NCBI GenBank assembly: GCA_024635455.1
Contig: JAGXIU010000003.1
Span: 226,446-290,445 of the forward strand
Reading direction: 5' to 3'
DNA length: 64,000 bases
Source of the DNA: Candidatus Saccharimonadota bacterium
GTDB taxonomy: Bacteria; Patescibacteriota; Saccharimonadia; Saccharimonadales; SLHW01
The notes beneath the pieces are model-generated. The model was not told the DNA's origin. It worked only from the letters and a program-made list of their open reading frames with translations, and made no database searches. Numbering within the stretch: the first letter of the stretch is position 1; each line of letters begins with the position of its first letter. Shown piece after piece: positions 28,830-38,549 of the stretch. The translations under genes and the position numbers were made by a program.

Positions 28830-31800
28830 TTATGCTACCTCCTTTTCTTCACCTGTCGCAGAGGTGTCGGAAGAATCATCCTCACCCGACTCGCCTGCAG
28901 CCTTATCATTATCTTCATTCTTTACTGTTGTAGGGGTAGCATTACCATCAAGTTCTAATACATCGAACTCGTCATTGGCTGCGTCATCAGTTACATCTAC
29001 ATCAGAAGCAGATGGTTGCGGAACCTCCACTTCAGCTGGGTCATCGCCTTCATTTTTCACGTTTTCAGTTAAGACGGTTTCAGCGTCGATGACAGATTCT
29101 GATGTTACGAGGTCAACTTTTAGACCGAGGCCCTGTAGCTCTTTGACAAGCACGTTGAAGCTCTCTGGAACCTTTGGCCCAACAATTTCGGTCTGCTTGA
29201 TTATAGACTCGTAAGCCTTTGAACGACCGTAGACATCGTCAGATTTGATCGTCAGCATTTCTTGGAGTGTATCAGCTGCACCGTATGCTTCTAGCGCCCA
29301 CACCTCCATTTCTCCAAAGCGCTGTCCACCATTTTGCGCTTTTCCACCCAGTGGCTGCTGCGTCACCATAGTATATGGTCCGGTAGCACGTGCGTGTATC
29401 TTGTCAGCTATCATGTGGTTTAGCTTAATGGTGTACATGATGCCTACCGCAGTTGTCTCGTCGAATGGTTCACCAGTTCTACCGTCATACAGCTGTTGTT
29501 TTCCGTCTTCTGGTAGGCCAGCTTGTTTTAATAGCTCTTTAATCTTTGGTATCGGAACACCGTCAAATGATGGTGTGGCTACTTTCATGCCGAGTTTTTG
29601 TACAGCGGCACCAAGTGCAGTTTCATATAGTTGTCCGATATTCATACGACTCGGAACGCCAAGTGGACTCAAAATCATGTCGATAGGAGTACCGTCTTCA
29701 GTGTGAGGCATATCTTCCTCTGGAAGTATTCGAGCAATAACACCTTTGTTACCGTGGCGTCCACCGAGCTTATCTCCAACAGCAATTTTTCGCATTTGAG
29801 CAACATACACTTGTATCTGCATAATGACACCGGCTTTTAGCTCGTGTTCGTCTCGATTAAAGACCTTCACACCAACAACCTTGCCATGCTTACCATTGCC
29901 CATACGTTGTGATGTGTCGCGCACTTCTTTGGCCTTTTCGCCAAATATTGCTCGCAGAAGGCGTTCTTCGCTTGATAGTTCTTGCTCGCCCTTTGGCGTA
30001 ATTTTACCAACCAGGATATCACCTGGGTGCACTTCTGCACCGATGCGGACAATACCGTCCTCATCAAGGTGGCGGAGTGCTTCCTCGGACACATTTGGAA
30101 TATCGCGAGTGACCACCTCTGGTCCTAGTTTCGTCTCACGAACTTCTACCATGTAGTCGCTAATCTGAACCGAAGTTAAATCGTCGTTTTCAACCAATCG
30201 ACGGGAAATAATAACTGAGTCTTCAAAGTTATATCCATCCCATGACATAAATGCGGTTAAGATATCACGACCAAGAGCTAGTTCCCCATCCTCAATTGAC
30301 ATACCCTCAATAAGTGCATCGCCTTTTTTAACTTTGTCGCCAGAGTTTACGACTACTTTCTGATTAATGGCAGTGCTGTCATTGCTCCGCTCGAAATGAC
30401 GAGGCGTATAGACGACCTTGCCATCTTTGTAGGCAACAACAACTTTGTCAGCTGTCGCTTGAATAACCTCACCATCGTCGTGGGCTGTTATTAGTTGACC
30501 GGAATTTTGGGCAACAACTTCTTCGACACCTGTACCAACAATTGGAGCTTTTGGTGCTATCAATGGGACTGATTGTCGCTGCTGGTTACTGCCCATCAGA
30601 CTTCGATATACGTAGTTTTTCTCAATAAATGGAATTAACCCAGCGCTAGAACCAATAATCTGTTTTGGTGAAGCATCCATGTGTGTAACTTCATCAGCAT
30701 CAACCTCACCTGATATCAGTCTGTTCCGAGCTGGAATTCTTTCGTCTACGAAGTGTCCTTGGTCATCAATTTCTTGACCAGTACTGGCAATTACAGCTGC
30801 CGTCTCCTCGAATGCATCAAGAAATACTACTTCATCTGTAATCTTTGCCTTGACTGGCCAGGTTTTCTGAGCAGTGATTTTTGCAAGTTTTTTAGCATCG
30901 TCTTTGCTGATTTCTTTGCCAGCTTTTACGATTACTTTGCCTTCGGCGTCTTCGAGGTTAACAGAAGCAATATGACCAGGAGCATCTTTTGCAGTAACGC
31001 TGCTTATGACTTTGCGGTAAGGAGTCTCTATAAGACCGTACTCATTAATACGTGCGTAAGTCGCAAGGTTAAGAACGAGTCCAATGTTCGCGCCTTCTGG
31101 CGTTTCGACGGTACAGATTCGGCCGTAGTGAGTCGCATGCGCATCTCGAACCTCAAAACCTGCTCGTTCGCGCGACAGTCCACCAGGACCCATTGAGCTC
31201 AAACGCCTTTTGTGCGCGAGCTCTGACAATGGGTTCACCTGATCCATAAACTGTGAAAGCTGCGAGCTCGCGAAAAACTCACGTACCGCAGCAACAATTG
31301 GTCGTGCGTTAATCAGCTGCGCTGGAGTAACTGTCTCGATCTCCGACATACTCATGCGGTCCTTGGTGTTTCGTTCCATTCGCAATAAACCGATTCGGAA
31401 CTGTCTTTGAACAAGTTCGCCAACGAGCTTAATGCGTCGGTTTGCAAGTGAGTCAATATCGTCAGCCGGATCTTGTGTAATGTTTAGGCGAATTATTTCT
31501 GAAATTATTGCCGTAAGATCCTCGAGGCGCATAATTCTATTTTCTGATGTGTTCGGTACGTCAAGGTCTAAGCGCTTATTGAGCTTGTAACGTCCAACTC
31601 GACTGAAATCAAATCGCTTGAAGTTATAAAACATATTTTCAATAAGGCTTCGTGCGTTATCTACCGTAGCTAAGTCACCAGGGCGTAATCGACGATACAC
31701 TTCAATTAATGCCTCATTTGTTGTCTTCGTAGGGTCTTTTTCGAGGGTCGCTTCGAGGTAAGAAGACTTCCCTTGATCAACGTGCTTAAACGTACTCTTC

Positions 31801-32411
31801 ATGAGTGCATCATTCATGCCCAACGCACGAAGGAGTGTAGTGACAGGGATTTTACGCTTTCGGTCAATCTTTACGTAGAGAGCGCCGTTGCTGGCAGTCT
31901 CAAACTCTAACCAAGCACCACGACCTGGAATTACCTTGGCACCATATAGTCCGGTACCGCTTGAGTTATCAGCTGTAAAGAATACACCAGCAGAACGAAT
32001 AAGCTGAGATACAACAACACGCTCGGCACCATTTATTACAAAAGTGCCTCTGTCGGTCATCCATGGATAATCACCGAGGTAGATTTCTTGATCTTTGATC
32101 TCACCAGTTACCTTGTTGGTGAGCTCAACGGTTGCCTTAAGTGGCGCTTCGAAGCTGACGTTATTTTCGCGAGCTTCTGCTTCAGTGATTTTTGGATCCT
32201 CGAAGTGATAGTCTTTGAACTTAATTGATAATTTTGTGCCTGTGTAGTCTTCAATTGAGCCCACTTCGGCGAATAGCTCACCGAGGCCTTCTTCTATGAG
32301 CCACTGAAAAGATCGATTCTGGTGATCGATCAAATTTGGCATATCGACGATGTTTTCGGATTTAGTAAAGTATGTTCGTTTTGCTGCTGTAGACTTGGTA
32401 ACTTTGGACAT
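28830..32411 (-). CDS. rpoB: RNA polymerase beta subunit, with acidic C-terminal tail
   Basis: SQLSQFMDQ, ETPEGANIGL, GDKLGGRHGNKG, GGQRFGEMEVWALEAYG. Confidence 0.98.
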   Translation of the reverse strand: MSKVTKSTAAKRTYFTKSENIVDMPNLIDHQNRSFQWLIEEGLGELFAEVGSIEDYTGTKLSIKFKDYHFEDPKITEAEARENNVSFEAPLKATVELTNKVTGEIKDQEIYLGDYPWMTDRGTFVINGAERVVVSQLIRSAGVFFTADNSSGTGLYGAKVIPGRGAWLEFETASNGALYVKIDRKRKIPVTTLLRALGMNDALMKSTFKHVDQGKSSYLEATLEKDPTKTTNEALIEVYRRLRPGDLATVDNARSLIENMFYNFKRFDFSRVGRYKLNKRLDLDVPNTSENRIMRLEDLTAIISEIIRLNITQDPADDIDSLANRRIKLVGELVQRQFRIGLLRMERNTKDRMSMSEIETVTPAQLINARPIVAAVREFFASSQLSQFMDQVNPLSELAHKRRLSSMGPGGLSRERAGFEVRDAHATHYGRICTVETPEGANIGLVLNLATYARINEYGLIETPYRKVISSVTAKDAPGHIASVNLEDAEGKVIVKAGKEISKDDAKKLAKITAQKTWPVKAKITDEVVFLDAFEETAAVIASTGQEIDDQGHFVDERIPARNRLISGEVDADEVTHMDASPKQIIGSSAGLIPFIEKNYVYRSLMGSNQQRQSVPLIAPKAPIVGTGVEEVVAQNSGQLITAHDDGEVIQATADKVVVAYKDGKVVYTPRHFERSNDSTAINQKVVVNSGDKVKKGDALIEGMSIEDGELALGRDILTAFMSWDGYNFEDSVIISRRLVENDDLTSVQISDYMVEVRETKLGPEVVTRDIPNVSEEALRHLDEDGIVRIGAEVHPGDILVGKITPKGEQELSSEERLLRAIFGEKAKEVRDTSQRMGNGKHGKVVGVKVFNRDEHELKAGVIMQIQVYVAQMRKIAVGDKLGGRHGNKGVIARILPEEDMPHTEDGTPIDMILSPLGVPSRMNIGQLYETALGAAVQKLGMKVATPSFDGVPIPKIKELLKQAGLPEDGKQQLYDGRTGEPFDETTAVGIMYTIKLNHMIADKIHARATGPYTMVTQQPLGGKAQNGGQRFGEMEVWALEAYGAADTLQEMLTIKSDDVYGRSKAYESIIKQTEIVGPKVPESFNVLVKELQGLGLKVDLVTSESVIDAETVLTENVKNEGDDPAEVEVPQPSASDVDVTDDAANDEFDVLELDGNATPTTVKNEDNDKAAGESGEDDSSDTSATGEEKEVA

Positions 32412-32589
32412 GTATATGTAACGCTCCCTTGTTAGACACTATTAAGGTTATTCTTTCATTTTTGTGCGTTTTCGTATGTTGGTTCCGAAGTCACCACTGA
32501 TAGCGTACACATATTTACGTCTTTGTTGACGGCCATTAACTCGTTTAATAATTCTACAGGCGTGCGCTATCCACTACTTCAATAGTACT

Positions 32590-32618
32590 ATTGTGGCGGA
32601 GCTGGTTCTTAATGTCAA
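32590..32618 (-). promoter_or_regulatory. rpoBC promoter
   Basis: TTGACA-N17-CACAAT. Confidence 0.65.
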
Positions 32619-32620
32619 GT

Positions 32621-33244
32621 CTACTTAGGTGGTTTGTTTATGACATCGTCCACTAGGCCGTACTTTTTTGCTTCGTTTGCTGTCATCCAAAAATCTCTGT
32701 CTAAGTCCTTTTGAATCTTGGAAACCTTTTGACCAGTGTTTTTTGCCATAATTTCTTCGAGCAGTCGCTTAACCCGTAAGCTTTCTTTCAGGTCAATCTC
32801 CTGATCTGACACCCGCCCACGAGTACCACTAGATGGTTGGTGCACCATCACAGCAGAATTTGGCAACAAGTATCGCTTACCCTTTGTACCGCTACTAAGT
32901 AAAAACGCGGCAGCACTTGCCTGGATGCCAATTCCTACGGTCTTAATATCTGATTTTAGATATTGCATTGTGTCATAAATTGCCAGTGCATCGTAAACAC
33001 TCCCACCAGGACTATTTATATAAAAGTTTATATCTTTAACGCCTTCATTTTCAAGAAACAGCAACTGTGCAACTATCAAGTTCGCAGTTTGCTCATTTAC
33101 TTCAGTGCCTAGGAAGATAATCCTATCTTTCAAAAGGCGAGAATAGATGTCATAAGCTCGCTCCATACGACCATCTTTTTCAATTACCGTTGGGACTAGA
33201 ACTGATTGTGGATTACTCATTACCGTACTCGCTTTCTTTATCAC
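32621..33244 (-). CDS. clpP: ATP-dependent Clp protease proteolytic subunit
   Basis: [26 protein letters not shown] (catalytic Ser), VHQP, DRDFWM; start is GTG 33244 or ATG 33220. Confidence 0.97.
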   Translation of the reverse strand: MIKKASTVMSNPQSVLVPTVIEKDGRMERAYDIYSRLLKDRIIFLGTEVNEQTANLIVAQLLFLENEGVKDINFYINSPGGSVYDALAIYDTMQYLKSDIKTVGIGIQASAAAFLLSSGTKGKRYLLPNSAVMVHQPSSGTRGRVSDQEIDLKESLRVKRLLEEIMAKNTGQKVSKIQKDLDRDFWMTANEAKKYGLVDDVINKPPK

Positions 33245-33262
33245 TGCCTCTACACTAGCGAA

Positions 33263-33289
33263 TTAGCACTCTATAGTCAAGAGTGCTAG
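33263..33289. promoter_or_regulatory. CIRCE (HrcA operator) overlapping the clpP promoter
   Basis: TTAGCACTC-N9-GAGTGCTAG (one mismatch to consensus); promoter TTGACT-N17-TAGTGT at 33252-33280 on the minus strand. Confidence 0.88.
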
Positions 33290-33305
33290 TTCACGACAAA
33301 TACAA

Positions 33306-33869
33306 TTAGTAAATACCGAGTTCTGCCATGACGTCTACGCTTGAATCGTCTACAGCAGACGTAAGTAACGAATCGCTGGAGTCATCGGCTGGCTCAGCAG
33401 TATCCTGTTTCTGTCGAACGGAACGAGCATGCATCGCCAGGCTCATCGCGTCAAGTGCAGTAGGCAGCTCGTAGGATTCGACATGTTCTCTAGTTGATTC
33501 ATCACCTTCAGTAAAGTTTTGCGCAGTTTCGAGGGCTTCTGCTGCTTCATCACGGACAGTCTTCATGGCAATCAATCGCCCGGAAAAAAATTGATAAATT
33601 CGCTGCCGAAGCGTTGTTTCTTGCTGTGATTCTTCGCTGACGATTTGGCTAGCTTGTTCTTGAAAAAATTCTGTAGCTTCGATTGATAACATAACTGTTG
33701 GCTGATCGACATCTCGAGCTGCTTCGCCACGAGCTGCTGCAATCTCAAGCAGGTGTGGCGTCTTTTTATCAGCTACGTTTTGGCAGACCTCTTCAGCGAC
33801 AATATCAAGTGCTTCGATAGAGTCACCGGATACTTCTATGCAATTATGTCTTGCATCTACCTCGAACAT
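33306..33869 (-). CDS. Acidic hypothetical protein
   Basis: 187-aa ORF, helical and acidic, no motif recognised. Confidence 0.6.
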   Translation of the reverse strand: MFEVDARHNCIEVSGDSIEALDIVAEEVCQNVADKKTPHLLEIAAARGEAARDVDQPTVMLSIEATEFFQEQASQIVSEESQQETTLRQRIYQFFSGRLIAMKTVRDEAAEALETAQNFTEGDESTREHVESYELPTALDAMSLAMHARSVRQKQDTAEPADDSSDSLLTSAVDDSSVDVMAELGIY

Positions 33870-33871
33870 AT

Positions 33872-34165
33872 TTAGTCTATCGCCCCATCCTCTGGTGATT
33901 GTTCCACTATCGGCGCTTCTGTTCCACCATCGCCTTTAATCAACGTGTTTCTTAAGTCCAAGCTGCCTTTCGCGCTGCTGTGGCTGCTACTCATGATATC
34001 CGTATCCGAAAAGACGGCGCTCTCAAGCGCATTCTTACGATCCTCTACCATTTGCTCGGCGAACGGTCTTGTAGTGGCGTCAAGAGTAGCAATCAGCCTA
34101 CGTGCGGCTTGACGCGCGGCTCGGCTTAAAAGCCTTGGGCTGTCTCTAAATTCTTTGTGTTCCAT
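33872..34165 (-). CDS. Hypothetical protein
   Basis: 97-aa ORF with extended -10 TGGTACTGT 9 nt before the ATG. Confidence 0.55.
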   Translation of the reverse strand: MEHKEFRDSPRLLSRAARQAARRLIATLDATTRPFAEQMVEDRKNALESAVFSDTDIMSSSHSSAKGSLDLRNTLIKGDGGTEAPIVEQSPEDGAID

Positions 34166-34223
34166 TTAATAAGTACAGTACCATATTTAAAAGACTTGCA
34201 CAAGTTGTTTTGCTCTGTATGGG

Positions 34224-35510
34224 CTATTTTTTGGTTGCGTAGGACGCTAGTTGTGCAACAGTTTTTTCGCTTAACATGCGTGAGGCTATCTCGCGCCGAC
34301 CCTCAGGCTTATCAAGTTGTTCTTGCATTTGTGGGTCTTTGTATTGGCCTTTAAGTACCTGCATACGAATTTCGAGCTCTTCAGGTGTTACTTCAATCTT
34401 TTCTAGGTCTGCGACCTCCGATAATACTACGCTCGCCTTGACACGCTTTTCTGCCTCTGGAGCTACTTCTTTATCCTTATACTCGGCCTCAGTAAGTCCT
34501 TGCATCTCTAGGAATTCTTGTAGTGTCTGGCCACGATAGCTCAAGTTTTGTTTAAATTCTTGCATCATACGCTCGATTTGTTCATCAATCAGCGCCTGTG
34601 GGACCTCTAATTTTGATTTTTCTGTAATCTCACCGACAAGCTCAGACTCAAACGACAAGTCTGCTTGACGTTGCTTTTCAGTAGTAAGCTCTTTTTTAAT
34701 GTCCTTTTTTAAATCAGCTAGAGACTCAACCGGACCAACTGTTTTTGCAAAAGCATCATCGGCTTTTGGCTTTTTAACAGCTTCGACTTTTTTAATCGTG
34801 ACACTGAAGGTTACTTCTTGATTTGCGAGCGCTTTCACGCCGTAATCTTTTGGAAATGTTAAGGTGAATTCTCGAGTATCGCCTGGCTTCGCGCCGACGA
34901 GCTCTTCTTCAAAACCTGGGATAAATGTCTTGCTACCAAGTGCGAGCGGATAATCAGTGCCGTCAGCACCAGCTATCTTTTCGCCTTTCTTATCGGTACC
35001 AGTAAAATCTATCAGTATTTGATCGCCGTCTTTAGCGGCTCGCGTAACTTCTTCTTTCTCAGCTGAACGAGTTCGTAGGTTTTCAATCACATCAGTTACT
35101 TCCTTATCGGTAACTTTTACTTGCTCACGTGACTTCTTAATCTTTTTATAATCTGTAAGCTTAACTTCACCGAGAATAGAAACTTCTGCGCTAAATTCGA
35201 GCGTCTCGTATGGGACAAATTTTTCAATACTAATTTGTGGTTGCTCTACTGGACGAATCTGAGCTTCTTTTGCCGCTTGGGGGTATAGATCACTCACGGC
35301 AGTCTCAAGGAATTGTCGCTGCAGAAGGTCTTGGTCGACGTTCTTCTCGACCACGTCAAGTGGTGCCTTACCTTTTCTGAACCCAGCGATTGAAGCATCC
35401 TTGGCGAACTCTTGTAGTACAGCTTTTTTACTTTGCTTCAAGTCTTCACTATCGCCGGTAATGGTAAGTGTTATTTTGGTTGGTGATTGGTTCTTAGTAG
35501 TTACGTGCAT
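34224..35510 (-). CDS. tig: Trigger factor
   Basis: GFRKGKAP signature, FKBP domain (IDFTG, FIPGFEE, FPKDY). Confidence 0.96.
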   Translation of the reverse strand: MHVTTKNQSPTKITLTITGDSEDLKQSKKAVLQEFAKDASIAGFRKGKAPLDVVEKNVDQDLLQRQFLETAVSDLYPQAAKEAQIRPVEQPQISIEKFVPYETLEFSAEVSILGEVKLTDYKKIKKSREQVKVTDKEVTDVIENLRTRSAEKEEVTRAAKDGDQILIDFTGTDKKGEKIAGADGTDYPLALGSKTFIPGFEEELVGAKPGDTREFTLTFPKDYGVKALANQEVTFSVTIKKVEAVKKPKADDAFAKTVGPVESLADLKKDIKKELTTEKQRQADLSFESELVGEITEKSKLEVPQALIDEQIERMMQEFKQNLSYRGQTLQEFLEMQGLTEAEYKDKEVAPEAEKRVKASVVLSEVADLEKIEVTPEELEIRMQVLKGQYKDPQMQEQLDKPEGRREIASRMLSEKTVAQLASYATKK

Positions 35511-35547
35511 AAGTATCTATCCTACCAGATATATTTGGTATTACAAA

Positions 35548-36843
35548 TTAGCTAAGTAGCGCAGTAACGAGTTCTTCTTTTGAATACTGAACTTCCTCAC
35601 CGTCTTCTAATCGCTTTAGGGTGAATCGAGCTTCAGTAATTTCTCGCTCACCAATAACTAAGATGTATGGTATTTGTTTTTTATCTGCAGCTTTTATCAT
35701 CTTGTCCATTTTACGGCCTGTTGCATCCACGGCTACATTAACTCCACTCGTGCGCAAATCCTCAGCCACGGCAATAGCCTGCGAATAGACATCGCCATAC
35801 ACGACCAGATATACCAACGTTTCTGGCTGTATATTAGGTAGAAGATTGTGTATTTCAAGGAAGTTAATAAGCGTCATATCACCCATGCCAAACCCTATGG
35901 TTGGTATCGGATCAGCGCCAAATGACTCGAGTAGGTTATCGTAACGACCACCGCCGAACATTGAACGATTATTGTCCTGGTCTGTGTCGAAAACTTCAAA
36001 AACGATATCATTATAATAATCAAAGCCACGGGTAATAGTTGGGTCAAATACAAGATTTTGTATATTGCTCGATGTGGCTAAATTTATCAGTTCGCGTAAG
36101 GCATGAAGCGAATCATGTTCTCGCAGCAGTTCTGGAATTGAATCGAGGCTGTCAGTCTGCAATAGTTCCGTTATTGTTGAGACGGCTGCCTGAGGATTAT
36201 TGGCTTCCTGCAGCAATTCAGACAATTGTTCATCGAATTTTTTCGTATCTAACTTATGTTTCCTGTCAATCAGTCGGAACAAATCCGCTTGTACCTGTTT
36301 CTGTAACTCGAAGTGCTCAGTGAACACCCAATCCATAAAAGCCCTGCTATTAATACGGATTGTATACATATCATCTGTTGCACCATAAGCTCCGAGCAAA
36401 TCGCGAATCAGCGTGAGCATCTCGTGTTCAGCAGATATCCCAGCTTCTCCGAACAAATCAACGTTGAGTTGATAAAACTCTCGGCCTCTTCCGCGCTGAG
36501 TTCGCTCATAGCGCCAACATTGCGGAATAGAATACCAACGAAGTGGATAGGCAAGCTCTTGCCTTCTCCCGGCAACCATACGAGCAATACTTGGTGTCAT
36601 CTCTGTTCGTAAGGTCACACTTCGCTCGCCCCTATCCGTAAATGTATAGGTTTGTTGCTCTATTATTTCTTGATTACCTTTTTCTAGATAGAGATCGGTC
36701 GGTTCAAGAATTGGCGCATCGTATTCTTCATAGCCAAACCGCTCAACAACCTTGCGCATCGTGGTGAATATATACTTTTGCAGACCCTTATCCTCGGGAT
36801 AAAAGTCTCGGGCTCCTTTGTAGGGTTGGGTTGATATGCTCAT
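35548..36843 (-). CDS. hisS: Histidyl-tRNA synthetase
   Basis: KGARDF, LRTEMT, RYERTQRGRGREFYQ, RGFDYY, GGGRYD. Confidence 0.96.
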   Translation of the reverse strand: MSISTQPYKGARDFYPEDKGLQKYIFTTMRKVVERFGYEEYDAPILEPTDLYLEKGNQEIIEQQTYTFTDRGERSVTLRTEMTPSIARMVAGRRQELAYPLRWYSIPQCWRYERTQRGRGREFYQLNVDLFGEAGISAEHEMLTLIRDLLGAYGATDDMYTIRINSRAFMDWVFTEHFELQKQVQADLFRLIDRKHKLDTKKFDEQLSELLQEANNPQAAVSTITELLQTDSLDSIPELLREHDSLHALRELINLATSSNIQNLVFDPTITRGFDYYNDIVFEVFDTDQDNNRSMFGGGRYDNLLESFGADPIPTIGFGMGDMTLINFLEIHNLLPNIQPETLVYLVVYGDVYSQAIAVAEDLRTSGVNVAVDATGRKMDKMIKAADKKQIPYILVIGEREITEARFTLKRLEDGEEVQYSKEELVTALLS

Positions 36844-36973
36844 ATTGGATTCTATTGTAGCAGGAGGGTAGCATTACGTATATCTTACGACTCGTAACTT
36901 GCCAAGATGAAAAGATACGATATCTTGAATAAAACTATCCGCTACAGTTCATGCGGAGATGAACAGTAAGGGA

Positions 36974-37058
36974 TGGTGCCGCGGGAGAGACTCGAACTCT
37001 CACACCTCTCGATACTAGTTCCTAAAACTAGCGCGTCTACCAATTCCGCCACCGCGGC
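36974..37058 (-). tRNA. tRNA-Leu(TAG)
   Basis: Reverse complement GCCGCGGTGGCGGAATTGGTAGACGCG-CTAGTTT-TAG-GAACTAG...GAGAGTTCGAGTCTCTCCCGCGGCACCA; long variable arm. Confidence 0.95.
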
Positions 37059-37119
37059 GCACCTAATTGTTTTACAGTTAGCTATTGTAGCTCTCAGCAA
37101 CTGATTGAGCAAATGAAAA

Positions 37120-37644
37120 TCAGCGTTTATAAAATAGTAGCCTAGCGTCACCATAGCGCTTCTCGCGTACCAGTGACCAGCTACCAAGTCGCGGCAGCTC
37201 CTGATTTGTCGGCCAAGACACAACTAATACACCGGTTGCTGCAACGTGTCGAGCAAACTGTTCAACAGTGGCAACTTGTGTATCGTTGTATGGTGGATCG
37301 CAAACGACGACATCATATAGCTGGTTTGTATGCGCCGATGACCAAGTTTTTGCAGGAATGTGAATCACTTTCATAGTATCAATGCCGAGCGTCGCTATAT
37401 TTTCTACAATACAGCGATATGCAGTCACGTCTCTTTCTAGCGCTAATACTTGCTGAGCATTTCGGCTAATCGCCTCTATTGCAACAGCGCCCGTCCCTGA
37501 GAATACATCAAGCACACTCATACCTGATATATCGCCCAAAGCGTTGAACAATGCTCCCCTTATCTTATCGCTCATTGGGTGCGTTCGATTACCGGATGGA
37601 GCCTTAAACTGACGTCCGCCTAAAAATCCAGCTATGACCCTCAT
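37120..37644 (-). CDS. rsmD: 16S rRNA m2G966 methyltransferase RsmD-like
   Basis: MRVIAG, LDVFSGTGA, DPPY, RYGD. Confidence 0.9.
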   Translation of the reverse strand: MRVIAGFLGGRQFKAPSGNRTHPMSDKIRGALFNALGDISGMSVLDVFSGTGAVAIEAISRNAQQVLALERDVTAYRCIVENIATLGIDTMKVIHIPAKTWSSAHTNQLYDVVVCDPPYNDTQVATVEQFARHVAATGVLVVSWPTNQELPRLGSWSLVREKRYGDARLLFYKR

Positions 37645-38471
37645 TTGATGTTGTCGGATGTTTCAATCCCCGCCTCCAAACATGCGCTGTACCAGGTTAG
37701 CGAAACAGTTTTTATAATAGTTGGACCGAGTACGTGTCGCACCTGATAGGCAAGCTTTGGTGACCAGCCAGTTTTGTAGTAACGGTCATACATCTCTAGG
37801 GCAGCAATTTCACGTGCAGCCCTACGAAACCACTCGATGTATCCAATCTCCTGTAGTGCTTCAACGTCTTCGTGCTTAGGTACTGCCTCCCCAAAACCAA
37901 GCGGTGCGATAATTGTAGCGATACCTAACTCAAACAAACCATGAGTTGTCATCAAGCCTTTTGGGCCCCACATCTTCCAATTGTTTTTGACTTTTTCTCT
38001 CGTCGTATCACCTGGCATGACGAGCTTTTCTTTGATCGTAGTCCTATCAAGTATTGCTTTACCACCCCGTAACTTAATCAGTTCTTTTTCATAAGGATAA
38101 TGATGAGCTGGTGTAAGTCCATCAACCAATGCGTGGGCTAACCAAGCTGCTTCGAACGAGGCACGTTCATTGTTTTTTGCCTTCAGTTGTTTCAGTAAGT
38201 TATTATAGTGCTCTTCTATGAGGTCAATTAATGCTGAGTCACCGTTATCGAACGGACTGTAGTAATGCCACGGTTCATCTTGGGCAGGGCTTTTTCGCTT
38301 AATACCATCAGGGCCGTTCTTACCTTCAAATCGTAAAATATCCTTAATAGAAGGAAAGGTGTCATCGACTGGCGATAGCTTTACTAAGTGCTTCCGGGCA
38401 ACCCGATCTATCTTCTGATGGGCGCCGGCAACTCTACCTGAGTATTTCGTAATCGTAGAACCTGAGTACAT
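37641..38471 (-). CDS. Hypothetical protein, possible phospholipase C/P1 nuclease fold
   Basis: H(QKID)...PD...WHY...AHALVDGLTPAHH; start placed at MYSGST. Confidence 0.65.
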   Translation of the reverse strand: MYSGSTITKYSGRVAGAHQKIDRVARKHLVKLSPVDDTFPSIKDILRFEGKNGPDGIKRKSPAQDEPWHYYSPFDNGDSALIDLIEEHYNNLLKQLKAKNNERASFEAAWLAHALVDGLTPAHHYPYEKELIKLRGGKAILDRTTIKEKLVMPGDTTREKVKNNWKMWGPKGLMTTHGLFELGIATIIAPLGFGEAVPKHEDVEALQEIGYIEWFRRAAREIAALEMYDRYYKTGWSPKLAYQVRHVLGPTIIKTVSLTWYSACLEAGIETSDNIK

Positions 38472-38549
38472 TATCGTATTATGTGCGTGCGAACAGTCGC
38501 ACAACCCTTTACTTACTTATGTGTTGCCTGGAGTGCTCCGGGTAACTTC

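Noticed and set aside
36844..36973. Integration site or island at the tRNA-Leu 3' end (short palindromes TTACGA-C-TCGTAA and AAGATA-CGA-TATCTT)
   Set aside because: No integrase, no duplicated tRNA 3' end seen, and core genes on both sides.
36942..37223. 93-aa ORF
   Set aside because: Runs through tRNA-Leu and rsmD; spurious.
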